A stretch of 19,003 nt of DNA from Geosiphon pyriformis uo1. Its lineage: Eukaryota > Fungi > Glomeromycota. Under the pieces are notes generated by a model. The model made no database searches and had not been told where the DNA came from. It saw nothing but the letters and a program-made list of their open reading frames with translations. Position 1 is the first letter of the stretch; every line of letters begins with the position of its first letter. The stretch is from assembly GCA_016748015.1 (NCBI GenBank), contig JAAOMT010000748.1:1-19003 (forward strand), given 5' to 3'. A program made the position numbers and the translations under genes. This document shows, piece after piece, positions 1-11,803 of the stretch.

Positions 1-276
1 GATCATTCTCAAAATTGCAAAAGCTTTAGTGGTTCTTATTACTAGTTCTATTTTTGCTATTATAGTATTGTTTAATATTCTCTTGAGCATCTTCTTTAAT
101 AATATCAAGAATGCTTTTGGTGCTTTTAATAAAGTCTTTATAGTTAAGATAAAGGTGTTAACTGATTTTTATGAATTTGATTCTGGATAATATTTTAGCA
201 GAATAATTCTAGTTTAATCTTAGCTTTAAGAAATGTTGGTTTTTTAACCATGTAATCAAAACGTAGAATCTGGTTC
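1..276 (-). pseudogene. Possible decayed exon of an unknown gene, running off the window start
   Basis: After an acceptor-like TTTTTAAATAG the minus strand reads NQILRFDYMVKKPTFLKAKIKLELFC*NIIQNQ, then in another frame LYLNYKDFIKSTKSILDIIKEDAQENIKQYYNSKN. A donor-like AG|GTTTGC lies near 380. No family recognised. Confidence 0.3.
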
Positions 277-1678
277 TATTTAAAAATGATTCAAAATTAT
301 TATATAGAACAAAAAAATAATTGTAACATAATATAAAATAATTATTATGTGATATAAAATAATCAAAATAAAATGCAAACCTAACTTCTTTTTTTTACAA
401 TACAATATTAAATTATTAAATTAATTATTTATACATTATATTATATTTTGAATTATCTTTACAGATAATTTAAATAAATTTTATTATAAATTCTGTCTTA
501 AATTAGTTCTACTTTTAGATTTTGGATCAGTTTTATAAACTAAGTTTTTAAGTCTTATTTTAATTCAATTCAATTCAATTCTGTTTAGAATTAGTAGTTT
601 TTAAACTGAATTGAATTAGATAAACCAATTAATATTTACAACTTAAAATTTACTGGTTTTTAACAATATGTTGTTGTATATTTTGAATTTTTAAAGCTTT
701 TAATGTTACTATAAGTATTAAAGTGTAAATTATCTGGTTGTGAATTACTAAGCTGTTTTTTCTGATCTGTTTAAAATTATATATAAGCTTTTTATTTATA
801 TTTAAAATTTATTAATTTGATGTCTTATCTTAAAACTGCTGTTTTTTTGTATTGCATATCTCTTTTGTTTTTATTATTATTCTTAATTTTAAATTGGTTT
901 TTTGAAAACAAAAATGAAAAATTATTTACTTTATAAATTAATAATAAAGTTTATTGATTTTTTATATATTTTAATTAATTTTTCTTTTGTAGTTGAAAAA
1001 ATTCTTAATTTTTTTATTGGAAACTTAAATTAAAAATTTTAGCAAAATAGTTATTAATTTATATTTAAATTTTTTTTTCAAGTTTGAAAAAAAAGTTTAA
1101 TAATGTTTTATTATAGAATAATAATAGTATAATTGAAAAATCAAATATTAGTTTCTTTAAAACAATTAAAAGGCAAAAATTAGAGCTACCAAAGCTTAAA
1201 TAAGTAGGTTTATCATAAAAACCAATTATTTGAACAGTTTTATAAATAGAATAAAAGCATAATTTATGTTTAATACATAATAATAAATTTTATAAAAATT
1301 GGTAATAGTTGGATTAATTATTGATATTGCATATTTTAACAATTTATTTTTAAAACTAATTATTAAATTAATTGTTAGTTTAATTATTACCAAATTATTA
1401 ATCAATTTATTAACTTTTTTTATCAAGTATATAATAAAATTTTTGAAAGCTGTAAAAAATATTAATATTAATAAAATCAGCAAATTTTCAAATAATTATT
1501 TTTATTTTATTTCGAAACTTTAATTTGTTATAATTTATTAATTATTAACAATTTTAATTTAAAAAATTAGTTAAAATTTTATGTACAAAACAAAATATCT
1601 GTTTTATACATTTTTAATTATTGTTATTATTATTTAATTAAATTATCTATTTACTTAATTTGCATCAACTTTATTTAT

Positions 1679-2333
1679 TATGGAGACATGCATGGCAACA
1701 AAATGTTATTTTACTGATTGGTCTCATAAATTAAGGATATGATTCATTGTGATCTACATCTTATAACAATAGAAATCTCGGATTGTGCCACCCTACAAAC
1801 AATCGAAGAAAAAGATATTTGAAGTGATTTCACAGATTCCACCAGAAGTTTTCTAAGGAGAAAAGTTTACAATAACTGACAATATTTATAGTTTTTCCAT
1901 GTTATTATGTGAATTTGCAACAGAAAACCCTCCTTTTCATAAATTTATTCATAAATCATCTTCTTGTACATGAAATCTTCAAGGGTCTTAGACCTATTAT
2001 TACTTTGTCAAGTTTTGGGATGTTAATTCGTTAAATCATCCTACTGCCAATGAAGTTTTCTCGAAGTTGAGAGAGCTTGAAAAAATGTGTTTTCAGTACT
2101 TAAATAAGTAGCCTAAATGTGAACTGCCAATAATACAAGATTTTACAGATGACGAGTCTAAAAAAAAGTGGCCTGAAATAGTAAAGTTTTTAGGATTAGA
2201 TAAAAACATAGAAGAAATGTTAAAGATGACTCGATAACAAATTATTTAACAAAAATAACGACCACAACCATTCATCCAGAAGCAGTTTATACAAATGATG
2301 TTTTAAGTTTGCAAATAATCAAAGAAACAAAAG
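1679..2333 (+). pseudogene. Decayed protein kinase (tyrosine-kinase-like family expanded in Glomeromycota)
   Basis: Ordered motif remnants across frames: YGDM, DWSHKL, MIHCDLH (1739-1759), LGLCHP, IFEVISQIPPEVF*GEKFTITDNIYSFSMLLCEFATENPPFH, HEIFKGLRPII, KFWDVNSLNHPTANEV, IHPEAVYTN (~2270-2296). Stops at 1854 and 2109, frameshifts and missing segments. Confidence 0.9.
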
Positions 2334-4177
2334 GTTAATTTATTTAAATTGGAAGAATTTTTATATTTTTTTAACTCTTGGATTTAATTATTATACAGTA
2401 TATATTCAAAATTTGCATAAATTTACTTTTTAAAAGAATCAATCTATTTACCTAAAGGGAAGAAATTATTATAAACAACATTTAGAATAATATTTTTATT
2501 ATACATATCTTTACAATTTGATGATTATTAATAAATTTAATCATGATGATCATTTTAATTTTCTGATCATTATTTTTAACTTAATATAAATTTATTTGTT
2601 ACTTTGATTAATTGATCTTTTCATAAGAATAAAATTTAGATAATTTTAATTTTGAATTACATGTGTTACAATGTTTATTAAATATGTTATAATATATTTT
2701 TACACATTTGTTAATTTAATACAAAAAGTATTTTTTCTTTAACAATAGTTTATCTTTAGGCCTAAAAAAAATTAAAATTAAAATTATAATTGATCATTAA
2801 GTTTAAATTCTTCTAAAATAAATTATATTTTTAAGCTTTATAATTTTAATTATTTATTACATCTCAAAAAGTGGAATGTATTCATAAAAATATTTAAAAT
2901 TTAAAAAATATGAATAAAATAATTTTGAAAGGGTCATAATTTTTGTTAATTCGAAATTCTGGTATTTAATATCAATTTGATTATATTTTTAAATGATTTA
3001 ATATTTATTCTGAAACTTTGATTTATTAAATAATTGAAAATATTAAAATCATATATGAGACGACACCAAGTAATTTTTTTCTTTTTTGTTGTTATTACTG
3101 TTTTTATTTCTTAATTTTGATAATACTTTTAGTATTGTTGTTTTTAAGTCTACCTTTGTTTAATTATTTATAAATTAATATAATTCAAAATCTTTAATAT
3201 TTACATTAAAGTTTCACTTCAAATGCTCAAGTTTTAACTAACTCATTTGTTTATAATTTATATTATTTATATAAATAATTATTAGATCAAATTACATTTT
3301 TGAAAAAAGTAATTAAAATCGAATATTAAATAATAAAATTAAAAAAAAATGTGTTAAATTAATTTTAAAAATTAAAATAATTTTATGTGATTTAACAAGT
3401 GAGTGGTTTTTAAATTCAAATTCTAATTAATAATATTATATAAAAAATTATATTAAAACTAAATGAAATTTAACATTAAAAAAATATTTATGTGAATAAT
3501 TTATTGATGTTCAATTATTAAATATATATATTTTTGAGTTGATAAAAAATTAAACTAATATAAATTATAGTATATTTTTTTAAGAAACAATCTAGGATTT
3601 AATTTATGTTTAAGAGTAATATATATTTTTTTGAGTATCACTACTACTATAATAAAAAAATATTTAAAAAAACTTACAAATTTGAATTTAATTATAAAGA
3701 AAAATTAAAAATTCATGGTATTATCAATAAAAATCTAATTTTCTTAAAATTATTTATTTATTTTAAAAAAAAAATTAAAAAAATTAAATTTAAAATCATT
3801 TTATTTTGATAATTACAAAATTAGATATTCTAATCATATTTAATCTTATATATGTTTATTTTAATAATTTAGATTTAAAATCGATTTTTTTTTTAATATT
3901 TAAAAAATAAATTTACTTATAAAGTTATATAATTATACAATATAATAATACAATAAAATTTATTTATTTTAATTAAATTTATTTTAATTTTAATTTTAAT
4001 TTTAGCTTTCGAAACTAACAATAATATAAATTTACAATAATTCAAATAAATTAATTAAATATTTTATTCTGATTAAAATAAAAATATTATTTTAAAAAAT
4101 TTAGATTATTTATTTAAATAATTAGCAAACAGATTAAAATAAAAAAGAGCAATCAGCTATAAAAATCAAATATTTTA

Positions 4178-4212
<35 letters not shown>
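4178..4212. repeat. (AAT)n microsatellite
   Basis: Directly visible. Confidence 0.95.
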
Positions 4213-4214
<2 letters not shown>

Positions 4215-4376
4215 TTATTTATTTGATTTATTGATTGTAAAGAATCAAATAATGTTTTCTTCATATAATTTAATTAATGTATTTAAAATTATTATTATTT
4301 TTTTTTACAAATAAAGTACATTAATTAAATCGAATTGTATAAGAAATAAAGAATAAAATTAAAATCAAAATATTAT

Positions 4377-5414
4377 TTTATTTTATCTATTATTGTAATT
4401 TATACTTTGTTGTTAAAGGCGTTTAACTGTGAACAAAAGTTCACGAGTTAAGAATAAATAATTATCTTGTAAATAATGTATGATGCTTTTATCATTAAAT
4501 TTAAAATTTAAGTTTACGAATTATATATGGGTAAACAAAATATCCTAATTTAATATATAATGATAAAATTCTAAATACTTTTTTCTTTTTATTTAAAAAT
4601 GTAATCGTTACATGAATCCGAATAGGATAAAGCTTTGTTTCTTACCTAACATTTAACTCGATCATTGGAATGTTACGTATTTCCTTTTTTTTTAACTATT
4701 TACAGCAATAATGACGGAAAACGGTTTATTCAATATATGTATATATATATGTATATGTATTATAATTGAGCATAACAGTTTCCATTAATTTCTAAATTGA
4801 TTATTATTTTTTTCAAAACTAATTTAACATCATTGGTGAATAATTACAAGGAAAAAGCATTTAGCTAAATTTAATATATAAAGATTATTTGTAATATGTA
4901 GAGATTTTTCAATTGAAATTTATGGTAACAGTGACTTAAAAGAACCTGGGATTTGCCAAGGTTATGTAGTACTTATTATAGATCTTTGTGATAAATCGTT
5001 GAAACAGGTGAGATGGCACCATATGTCTCGATTTTTCTTTATTTGGTTAACAATGAACACAACGATTTTCATAATGTATATTCATAAACAAAGCAAACCC
5101 GCAATTGTCAAGCTTGTTGGAAATAAGGTTTAAACTTTTTAAACCTATTTATAGTTATTAGCTAGCTAGCTAGCTAACGAAACAATGTACATGTATGTAA
5201 TCAAATCATTGTTTTTTTTTAATTATCTTTCTCTCTTACTTGTGAAAGAAAGAATCTTTAATTTAAACCATTGGGTAGCTATGTGATAACGGTGATTTGG
5301 TATCAAATTATAATATTAGATTTTTGTAAACAGGGTCATTTACAATTACTTTGTTATTAAAGAATCCTCATTCATGTATCTCAATTCTTCATTTATATGT
5401 TAGAATATTAACCT
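4377..5414 (+). repeat. Left arm of a 1038-bp perfect inverted repeat
   Basis: Reverse complement of 17966-19003. Position x pairs with 23380-x throughout; no mismatch seen in a manual comparison. First mismatch at 5415/17965. Confidence 0.97.
4612..5340 (+). pseudogene. Degenerate Ras-superfamily small-GTPase-like gene relic (copy 1)
   Basis: Open frame 4903-5127 reads DFSIEIYGNSDLKEPGICQGYVVLIIDLCDKSLKQV...PAIVKLVGNK (beta4-like segment plus G4-like LVGNK). After a GT-AG interval 5128-5248 it continues KESLI*TIG*LCDNGDLVSNYNIRFL*TGS (G5-like F.ETS with E replaced by TAA). The 5' piece is MNPNRIKLCFL. No recognisable P-loop or DxxG motif. Family assignment is by eye. Confidence 0.5.
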
Positions 5415-5650
5415 ATTAGTAAATCTGCAGAAAAAAAATTCTTTTTAAGTAAAAATTCTAGATACCAACTTTTTATACAAAGATTATATATTAAGTATCT
5501 GCAAGGGCTCTAGACTTAATGTTTGTGAAATATTTATATTCCAAAGAAAATTCGAGTTTTTAAATAAAGATTTGAATTTTATACATTACTTGTTAATATT
5601 GGTTATAACATTAACTCAAATGGATGAAATGGGTAAATGACTATTTACTA
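5415..5650 (+). repeat. Diverged inward extension of the inverted duplication (left copy)
   Basis: Homologous to ~17690-17965 (minus) with substitutions and indels. Shared blocks include ATTCTAGATACCAACTT, TTATACAAAGATTATATATTAAGTATCTGCAAGGGCTCTAG, TTACTTGTTAATA and AACATTAACTCAAATG. Similarity fades near 5650. Confidence 0.85.
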
Positions 5651-6425
5651 ATGAGCATAAGAACTTATTGAATGAGAATGAGGTTTTTATACAAGTCCAT
5701 GATAATATGGTAGTATTATGAATCTGTTGATAAGGAATTTAAAGGTAGATTTTTTTTTAACCAAAAATATCAATCATATAATTCTAGAATCTTGATTATC
5801 CATTACAATAATATGGTACCATGCGTTTACCAAAGTAGAAAAGTTTTTAAAAGAATTCACTGAACCAATGAACCAGCCTGGAACTTTTAAGGCTAAAAAA
5901 GCTAAAATCCGTATTAAGCTAAATCTCATGAGTTACAGTTGATCAAAACAAACTTTGCAGATTTTAGGAATGTCTTTAAATACATTATTTGAAGATTAAA
6001 AAATTAAATCTAAAACGAGAATTGCTTAAAAGGCTAGAATTTTGAGACTTTAATATATGGTCAACGTCATTTAACTAGAATGTAGTGACATGACAAAGGA
6101 TTTGGCAAACAATTGAAACTTGTCTTTATAAGTAAAAAGACAATAGCGTTCATTCTGTTATTTTCCCCCAAAATTTTACTCAATAATGAATCCTAAATAA
6201 AATTCTAAGTTTATTATTTTATTATAATATTTTTAAATGTTAAATATAATTTTTTAATTTTTATAATAAGATAAATTGTTTTAATTTGTAATAAAAATTA
6301 ATGGAGAATTATTTGATTAGGCAGCAGGTATTAAATTCAAAATTTCATTTCCAAGAGATTAAATATAAAGTGTAGCTGGAGAGAGCTATAGTGAAAGTTT
6401 TTTACGAAAAAGAACTTGATAACTG
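5455..6425 (+). pseudogene. Patchy coding-like remnants downstream of the GTPase-like relic, family unknown
   Basis: Short protein-like frames broken by stops: ILDTNFLYKDYILSICKGSRLNVCEIFIFQRK (from 5455), WYHAFTKVEKFLKEFTEPMNQPGTFKAKKAKIRIKLNL (~5815-5930), MENYLIRQQVLNSKFHFQEIKYKV*LERAIVKVFYEKELDN (6301-6423). Only the first has comparative support. Confidence 0.35.
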
Positions 6426-7632
6426 AAATTAAATCTAAAGGTTATAAAAGGGAAAATTTAATTTTAAGTCATGAATGACTTTTAAATATCTTATTAATAT
6501 TAAAATATCTCCATGTTAGTCTAAAAAAAAAATAAAAAATAAAAAAAATAAAAAAGTGTTTTGTTATCAGTGATAATTCAATCCAGTTTAATTATTATAA
6601 ATTTTTTAAACCAATTGGAAAAGATTTTAAGCCAAAAGTTTTTTTGAAAAACCATTTAAAGTTAAAAAATTACTTTAAATTTGAATTATTTGATTACAAA
6701 AACCCACATGCCTCAATATCTCTTTCATTTAAAATTACCTATACCTTAAAGCAAATATATAGTATCATTGTGAAATGGGGGGGGGGGAGGAGTTTTTTTT
6801 ATTAAAACAAATGAAATGAAACATTATTCATTCACAATACAGCGTGCATTGATGTTATTGTTGGATGTCAAGTTAAAAAAATACATAGATTGGTAATCCG
6901 TTTATTTAAATATTATTGGCTGTTATTTTATTTTTTTAAGGAAACAAACAGTACAAATTTTTTTTGAATTTGGAACACAAAATTGAGCAAAAAATAATAT
7001 ATTTTTTTTTCATCGTTGAAATTAAATTTTTTAATTTTAAACCTCTGAAGTTCTTTAGAACCATGTGAAAAGAAATCAAAAAAATATTAGCAAACAGATG
7101 ATTTTAAATCTAAAGTAAATCTCATTTGTGTTGTGTTATCTTGTGTTACATAAAGTTGATCCTTTAATGCCTTAAATTTATATGAACATTAAGATTGGGT
7201 TTTTTTGACGTGAAACAGGTTAATATGCTATCATCATAGGTTGAAAATTTTTTCTCCCACTCCTTATATTTGATTTATTCTAAAAGAGAAAATTAAGATG
7301 AGAGATTTGTTAAATACATTGTGAAATCTACAACTTATTCAAATGATGAAAAGGGAAAGCAAAAAAACAATTTTCTCATTAAGCCTATAAAATTGAATAA
7401 TGATCCGAATGTTTGGTTTTCCAATTGATTTTTTAATTTTAAAGGCTAATTCAGACTATTTTTTCAATAATTTTGATCTTATTTGCATATATTAGACTAG
7501 GAGGGGAGAGGGTATATGTTATATGTTATATGCTCTCTAAAAAATTCTTTTAAAAGAATTCCCAACCCAATTCGTTAACCAAGCAGCAGGTTTATTTAAC
7601 CGGAACAACAACCCATTTTTAAGAACGTACCA

Positions 7633-7692
7633 ATCATCATCATCATCATCATCATAATCATAATCATAATAATAATCATAATCATCATTATT
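7633..7692. repeat. (CAT)n / (CATAAT)n compound microsatellite
   Basis: Directly visible. Confidence 0.9.
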
Positions 7693-8127
7693 ATCTCATC
7701 ATTACTACTATAATTACACGCTCATCACTTTCCACGCACGAAAATCAGACATTTACCTTGGACAACCAGCAAAATTATTTATGTTTTAGTATTTAACTGT
7801 TTGTACTTCTTTTGTAACCGTTTAGTATTTTTTTTAAGTAAACATTGTAACTCAAAAGATCCTGTCTGCCAAAACAGTAAATTCCCTAAAGTCATTGTCT
7901 CAAAAATCTAGATTCCAAAGATCAACAAGCCATTACATTCTCTCCTATGTACTCTGAAGATTACTCAATAATGTTATGATAAATTGGGGTAGACTGTGAA
8001 ACTTTGTTTTAAAATTAACCTTTCCCGAATATTCTTTCGTGAAACAAAAATTATATTCTAATTGGACCCTGTTCAAGTGAGAATGCTATTATAAATGATA
8101 ATTGTATTTTTTAACTTTCTCGGCATA

Positions 8128-8178
8128 CTATTTATTTATTTATTTATTATTTACTTATTTATTATTTACTTATTTATT
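8128..8178. repeat. (TTAT)n / TTATTTAC degenerate simple repeat
   Basis: Directly visible. Confidence 0.75.
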
Positions 8179-8485
8179 CATCCTCAATAACTTATCCCAT
8201 TATGAACTTTTGTTAATCGCCCAAATCTTTTTAACGCCAATATTTCAATGTGACTTTCTAAAACAGGGGAACAGTAAGTAGATTTTAGTTCATTGAATAA
8301 ACAAGGGTTTTTCAAGCTGATTGTTTTAATAATTAAAATTGTATTTCATATGTGTATATTTTTTTTTTCTCATTTCTAAATTTTAATTTTAATTTTTTTA
8401 AACTGAAATATATACATAAAATTATTGGATTTTCTTCGCATAAACCATGATATCACATAATTAAAAAAATGTGCATATTATAAAC

Positions 8486-8489
8486 ATTA

Positions 8490-8533
<44 letters not shown>
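8486..8533. repeat. (TTA)n microsatellite
   Basis: Directly visible. Confidence 0.95.
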
Positions 8534-8534
<1 letters not shown>

Positions 8535-10853
8535 TTTAAACCAATTAATTGTGACTCTATAGTGAAAACCCTTGTTTAATTTTAAACTCCTTCTAAATTA
8601 GGATAAAAATAATAATGTTCATAATAATAGTATTGTCATTTGTACACCATTTCACAACTCTTTTAATTATAATAAAACAAAAATCTTCTGACTTGGATTC
8701 ATGATTAAATTTAAAAAGATTTTCTCACCCAAATTACAATAATCACAGCGATTATTATAATACCTTGTGACTGTTTGTAAAATTCCCAAATATTCCCCGC
8801 TAAAAAAAAAAAAAAAAAAACTCATGAAGCAACCTTCTGATCAATCATCAGACCTATTACAAAACTATTACTAATATTAATTTCTCTGCATCTATAACTT
8901 TTTACCAGATTTAAAAAAACCGATTCAAATGGTTTACCAAATACACTCATTCCCAAACCTTTATTCCGAGTATGCTAAGCAAATTATCGTATACATGGGT
9001 CATCCCAAACAAAGTGAAAATTTGACGTCACAAACAAATTTCAGGAATTAAAATTGTCGGACGCCACAATAGTGTTGCGGATAACCTTATTTTATATTCG
9101 TTCATTCTTTTAAAAGGTTTGGCGTGTATGTTTACCTCAAATGCTTTCGTTGATTAAATTTGAGCACAAAAAATTAGTATTAACAAAACTAAATTGAAGG
9201 TATCAAAAATTAGTAATAAATATTTATTCAAGAAAATCTTTTTGGTTGAACAGTGTCTAGATTAATTCAATCCAAGAAAGAAAGTAAATGATCCGATAAT
9301 GTTGCCGTATTATTAGTAGGAAGTAATTAAAATAAAATTTGATTAATCCACTTTTTTCTTTAACAATTCAGTGTTTGTCGCTGATCAAAGACTTTTAATA
9401 AAGCTTTTTATAAGGCTTAATTTTTTTAAAATAAATGACAGAAAATTCTCCTAATTCTTTGATTGTATCCCTCATCTGCAAAACCGATAAATAGGGTAAA
9501 ATATTCCTAATCTTTTTGACCATTTTTTTCTTTTCTATAGTTTCAATTAATATATTCACTTTTTCTTTATTGTTTTTTTTTGTTTCTTCTTCGATTATTT
9601 TGTTTAGCGTGAATCTGTTCTTTAAATAATTTTATGGTAAACTTGTTCTGAATTCAAATACTTTAAGCAAAATTTTTTATGTTTATTTTTATTTTTATTT
9701 TTATTTTTATTTTTCTTTAATGTAATTCATATACATCTTCAATTAGCTTCATTTGCAGCTGCCAAAACCTAAAAGGCAATTTGTACTTTACTATAGCAAT
9801 TTCTAACAGTGACATTTGTAAGTGTTTGTCATAAAAAAAAATTATAATAGAGTATTATAGATTGAATTGCAAAAAAAATTATAAAACACTTTTAAACTAT
9901 AAGATAAACACTTTGATAATATAATAAATTTGGATTTAATATTAATTTTGTGTTTTTTTTTAATAATATAAAAAATAAGTCTGACTAAATGACTTTTAAT
10001 AAACATGAAAAAGTAATTCATTTAATAATCAATAACTATTTAATTTCTAAACCAATTAAATTTGTATTAATAAAAATATTCGTTTTAATTATTTTTAATA
10101 TTTAGTAAAAGAAAAATTTGTTCATGTTATTTTGTTAAAAAATTTCAAAAATTTTTCTAAAATTTATTTTTATGATATCAGGAAAAAAAAATATTCTTTA
10201 ATCTACAAAAAATAAATAAATAAATAAATAAATAACTTTAATTTGAATTATATATACTAATAATTTTAAATGCTAAATTTAATAATTTTTTAAGCATTTG
10301 AAATGAAAAATTTAAAGATTAAAAACAAGGAAAACATTTTTTTTTTTTTTTTTTTTTTTGAAAACAAAAAAAATTGATTAATTTATAATCTATTGGTTTA
10401 TACAAAGATTTTTTATTATTTAAGAAATTTTTTATAAACAAGCATACAAGAAAAGTAACAGGTCTTTTGTTTGTATAATATAAATTTTTTTTTTATTTGG
10501 CTCTATTGTTTTTTATATATGTAAATCTAATAATTCTTATGCAAACGAAATGTATTACATGTATTATATGTCAAAATGTCAATCAATCAAAGTTATATTC
10601 AAAAATCAGTTACTGCCAAAGAAAATGTACTATAATAAGAAATTATAAAAAAAATGATAAATATGAAATTTTTTTTAGCTTTATTAATAAATATGTTGAC
10701 TCATATTGTGACATAATAACTATAAAAAATTAGTTATTGGACAAAATAATGTTTTGTGAAAATTTTATCATTTACACATTTGCACAATTTTGAAATTGTG
10801 TAATTTTTACTTTTTTTTTTTTAAAATGTCAATATTGAAAGATATTTTTTTTT

Positions 10854-10890
<37 letters not shown>
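10854..10890. repeat. (GT)n microsatellite
   Basis: Directly visible. Confidence 0.95.
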
Positions 10891-10891
<1 letters not shown>

Positions 10892-11763
10892 GAGCAATCT
10901 GGTATAAGGGGGGTGAGGTTTTAAAAAAATAATTTTTCGTGGCATTGTTTTAGATGTGCACTGAATTTAGGGAACAGTGGGATTATTGCAGTCAGTCAAA
11001 AGGAGAAGGAAAAGGAAAAAGGAGAAAGGAAAAAGGAAAAAAAAATTGTTTTTTTTTTTTTTTTTTTTTCAGACACACAATGTTTCGTTATGCATTGTTC
11101 TTTCGGTGATCCCGTGTATGGTATGCATGATGATCTCTATTTGAAGGTTCATCTGTTATCCAATTTTGCGTAATGAACGATGTGACATTAATGCATTGTG
11201 GTGGATTGCCCTTTTTGGCTTCCAAAATTGGAGGACAGTGATGCTGTACAGTTACCTTTTTTTTTTGAAATGGGGAATGTGGAAAGAAAAAAGAAAAAAA
11301 GATTTACAGCTGATCAAAGATATTCAAAAATTGAAACTTTTTGGCGGGAATATTGGTTCAATTATCAAAAGATTCGACGAAGGAAATGTGGGAATTGGCT
11401 AAAAAGCGAACAAGACTATTTAAATTGTGACCTCAAATCACGACTTTTACTATAAATTATGAATAAAAAAATTTAAATTTTTTTATTATTGTATTTCCTA
11501 ATATAGCTTAAAGTCGAAATATTTAATTGAATCCAAATTATCATAATAAAAATCTTTGTTGTTAGTGTTTGAGCAATTAATTCTTTTAAAACATGTAGTG
11601 AAATCATTTTTCTAATAAAGAGAGTAACCCTTTTTTTTTCTTATTAAAATTTAAGAATATATATTTTAAAAAACAGAACATTACACAATTTTTTACATTT
11701 GAAACAATATATATTATCACAAGATTAAAAACCAAAAATGGCAAAGCCTCTTAAAAAACCAAA

Positions 11764-11770
11764 AATAATA

Positions 11771-11801
<31 letters not shown>

Positions 11802-11803
11802 TA
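11764..11803. repeat. (AAT)n microsatellite
   Basis: Directly visible. Confidence 0.95.

Noticed and set aside
1226-1523. Track ORFs 1226..1483 (-) and 1299..1523 (+)
   Set aside because: I/L/K/N/F-rich translations typical of very AT-rich non-coding DNA; no motifs.
3606-3809. 67-aa ORF
   Set aside because: K/F/I/Y composition in the most AT-rich block; spurious.
4654-5329. TAA/TAG reassignment or stop-codon editing to explain the in-frame stops in the GTPase-like relic
   Set aside because: The intact BTB gene has no internal TAA/TAG, encodes polyQ with CAA/CAG and ends in TAA; ordinary pseudogenisation is sufficient.
7620-7797. His-rich open frame (ERTNHHHHHHHNHNH...)
   Set aside because: Explained by the (CAT)n microsatellite; no start codon or supporting upstream exon.
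10497-10733. 78-aa ORF with CITCIIC, resembling a metal-binding motif
   Set aside because: TTG start, AT-rich intergenic composition, no recognisable family.
10998-11069. A-rich tract followed by a T-tract, resembling a terminator hairpin
   Set aside because: Adjacent simple repeats in a eukaryotic context; no GC stem.
11339-11350. E2F-like TTTGGCGGGAA motif
   Set aside because: Single motif, not upstream of any supported gene.
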